A DNA stretch of 64,000 nt from Haliotis rufescens. Lineage: Eukaryota. A model generated the notes under the pieces. That model was given only the letters and a program-made list of their open reading frames with translations, ran no database searches and was not told where the DNA came from. A program made the translations under genes and the position numbers. The stretch covers positions 11,780,001 to 11,844,000 of the forward strand of contig NW_025963891.1 in NCBI RefSeq assembly GCF_023055435.1, written 5' to 3'. Shown one piece after another: positions 63,406-64,000 of this stretch (position 1 is its first letter; every line of letters begins with the position of its first letter).

Positions 63406-63625
63406 CCCGTGAGAATTCCGGGGTAGAATAGGTCTTCAGCAACCCATGCATGCCGTAAAAGGCGACTATGCTTGTCTTAAAAGGCGACTAACGGGATCAG
63501 GTGGTCAGGCTCGCTGATTTGGTTGATGCATGTCATCGATCCCAAATGCGTGGATCGATGTTCCTGGTGTCAATCACTGGATTGTCTGGTCAGACTCGAT
63601 TATTTCCAGACCGCCGTCATATAAA
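63406..63625 (+). mobile_element. Family-2 retroposon
   Basis: Head ACCCGTGAGAATTCCGGGGTAGAATAGG; 3' tail lost. Confidence 0.87.
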
Positions 63626-64000
63626 ACGACCATAAAATTACGCCCTAATATCATAAATACAACCAACAATAAAGTTAATTACAGCTTACCGTATATTTAT
63701 ATATGACATAGGCATAATCAATACTGAACCGCAGAAGACACGTCACCATGGATAGATTTATGAGAAGCCTTATTTGTCCAAACACTGTTAACATACAGAG
63801 ACATATTAAAAAGATGAAACTTGGCAAAATTCATCATCAAGGTTAAAATTAAAGTGTCAAATGTAAAAGTGAAACACAACACTAGTCTCTGAGAAAATGG
63901 CATCACAAGACAGTATCTCGTGTGTCAGCCATGTGCATTGATGACTGCCGTGCAACGTCGATACATGGAATGGATGAGGCGGTTGATGAAGGCCATAGGC

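Overview
AT-rich, intron-containing animal genomic DNA, not a prokaryotic locus. The SINE and LINE repertoire suggests a mollusc, probably a gastropod such as abalone (inference, not searched). There are two tandem gene pairs facing away from each other. (1) On the minus strand are two SLCO/OATP organic-anion transporter paralogs: copy B is complete with 9 coding exons and 606 aa (12724-20083), and copy A has its first three coding exons in the window and runs off the left edge. (2) On the plus strand are two intact 4-exon glutathione S-transferases (220 and 218 aa) that resemble arthropod Delta/Epsilon-class enzymes. The remainder is a dense mix of mobile elements: RTE-X-like and CR1-like LINEs, Tc1 (DD34E) elements, a KRBA2/Ginger-like integrase relic, an Academ-like relic, an IS3EU-like TIR element, a solo LTR, tRNA-derived SINEs, Penelope-type remnants with hammerhead-like motifs, fold-back palindromes, a 62-copy 34-bp satellite and a 163-N gap. 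The main leads are: an abundant ~260-bp retroposon with no tRNA head whose fixed 5' end can form a pseudoknot plus hairpin (candidate ribozyme or structured RNA); repeated duplication of exon ends and a whole exon in SLCO copy B; Delta-like GSTs in an apparently non-arthropod genome; and a minimal hammerhead just past the SLCO-B stop codon.
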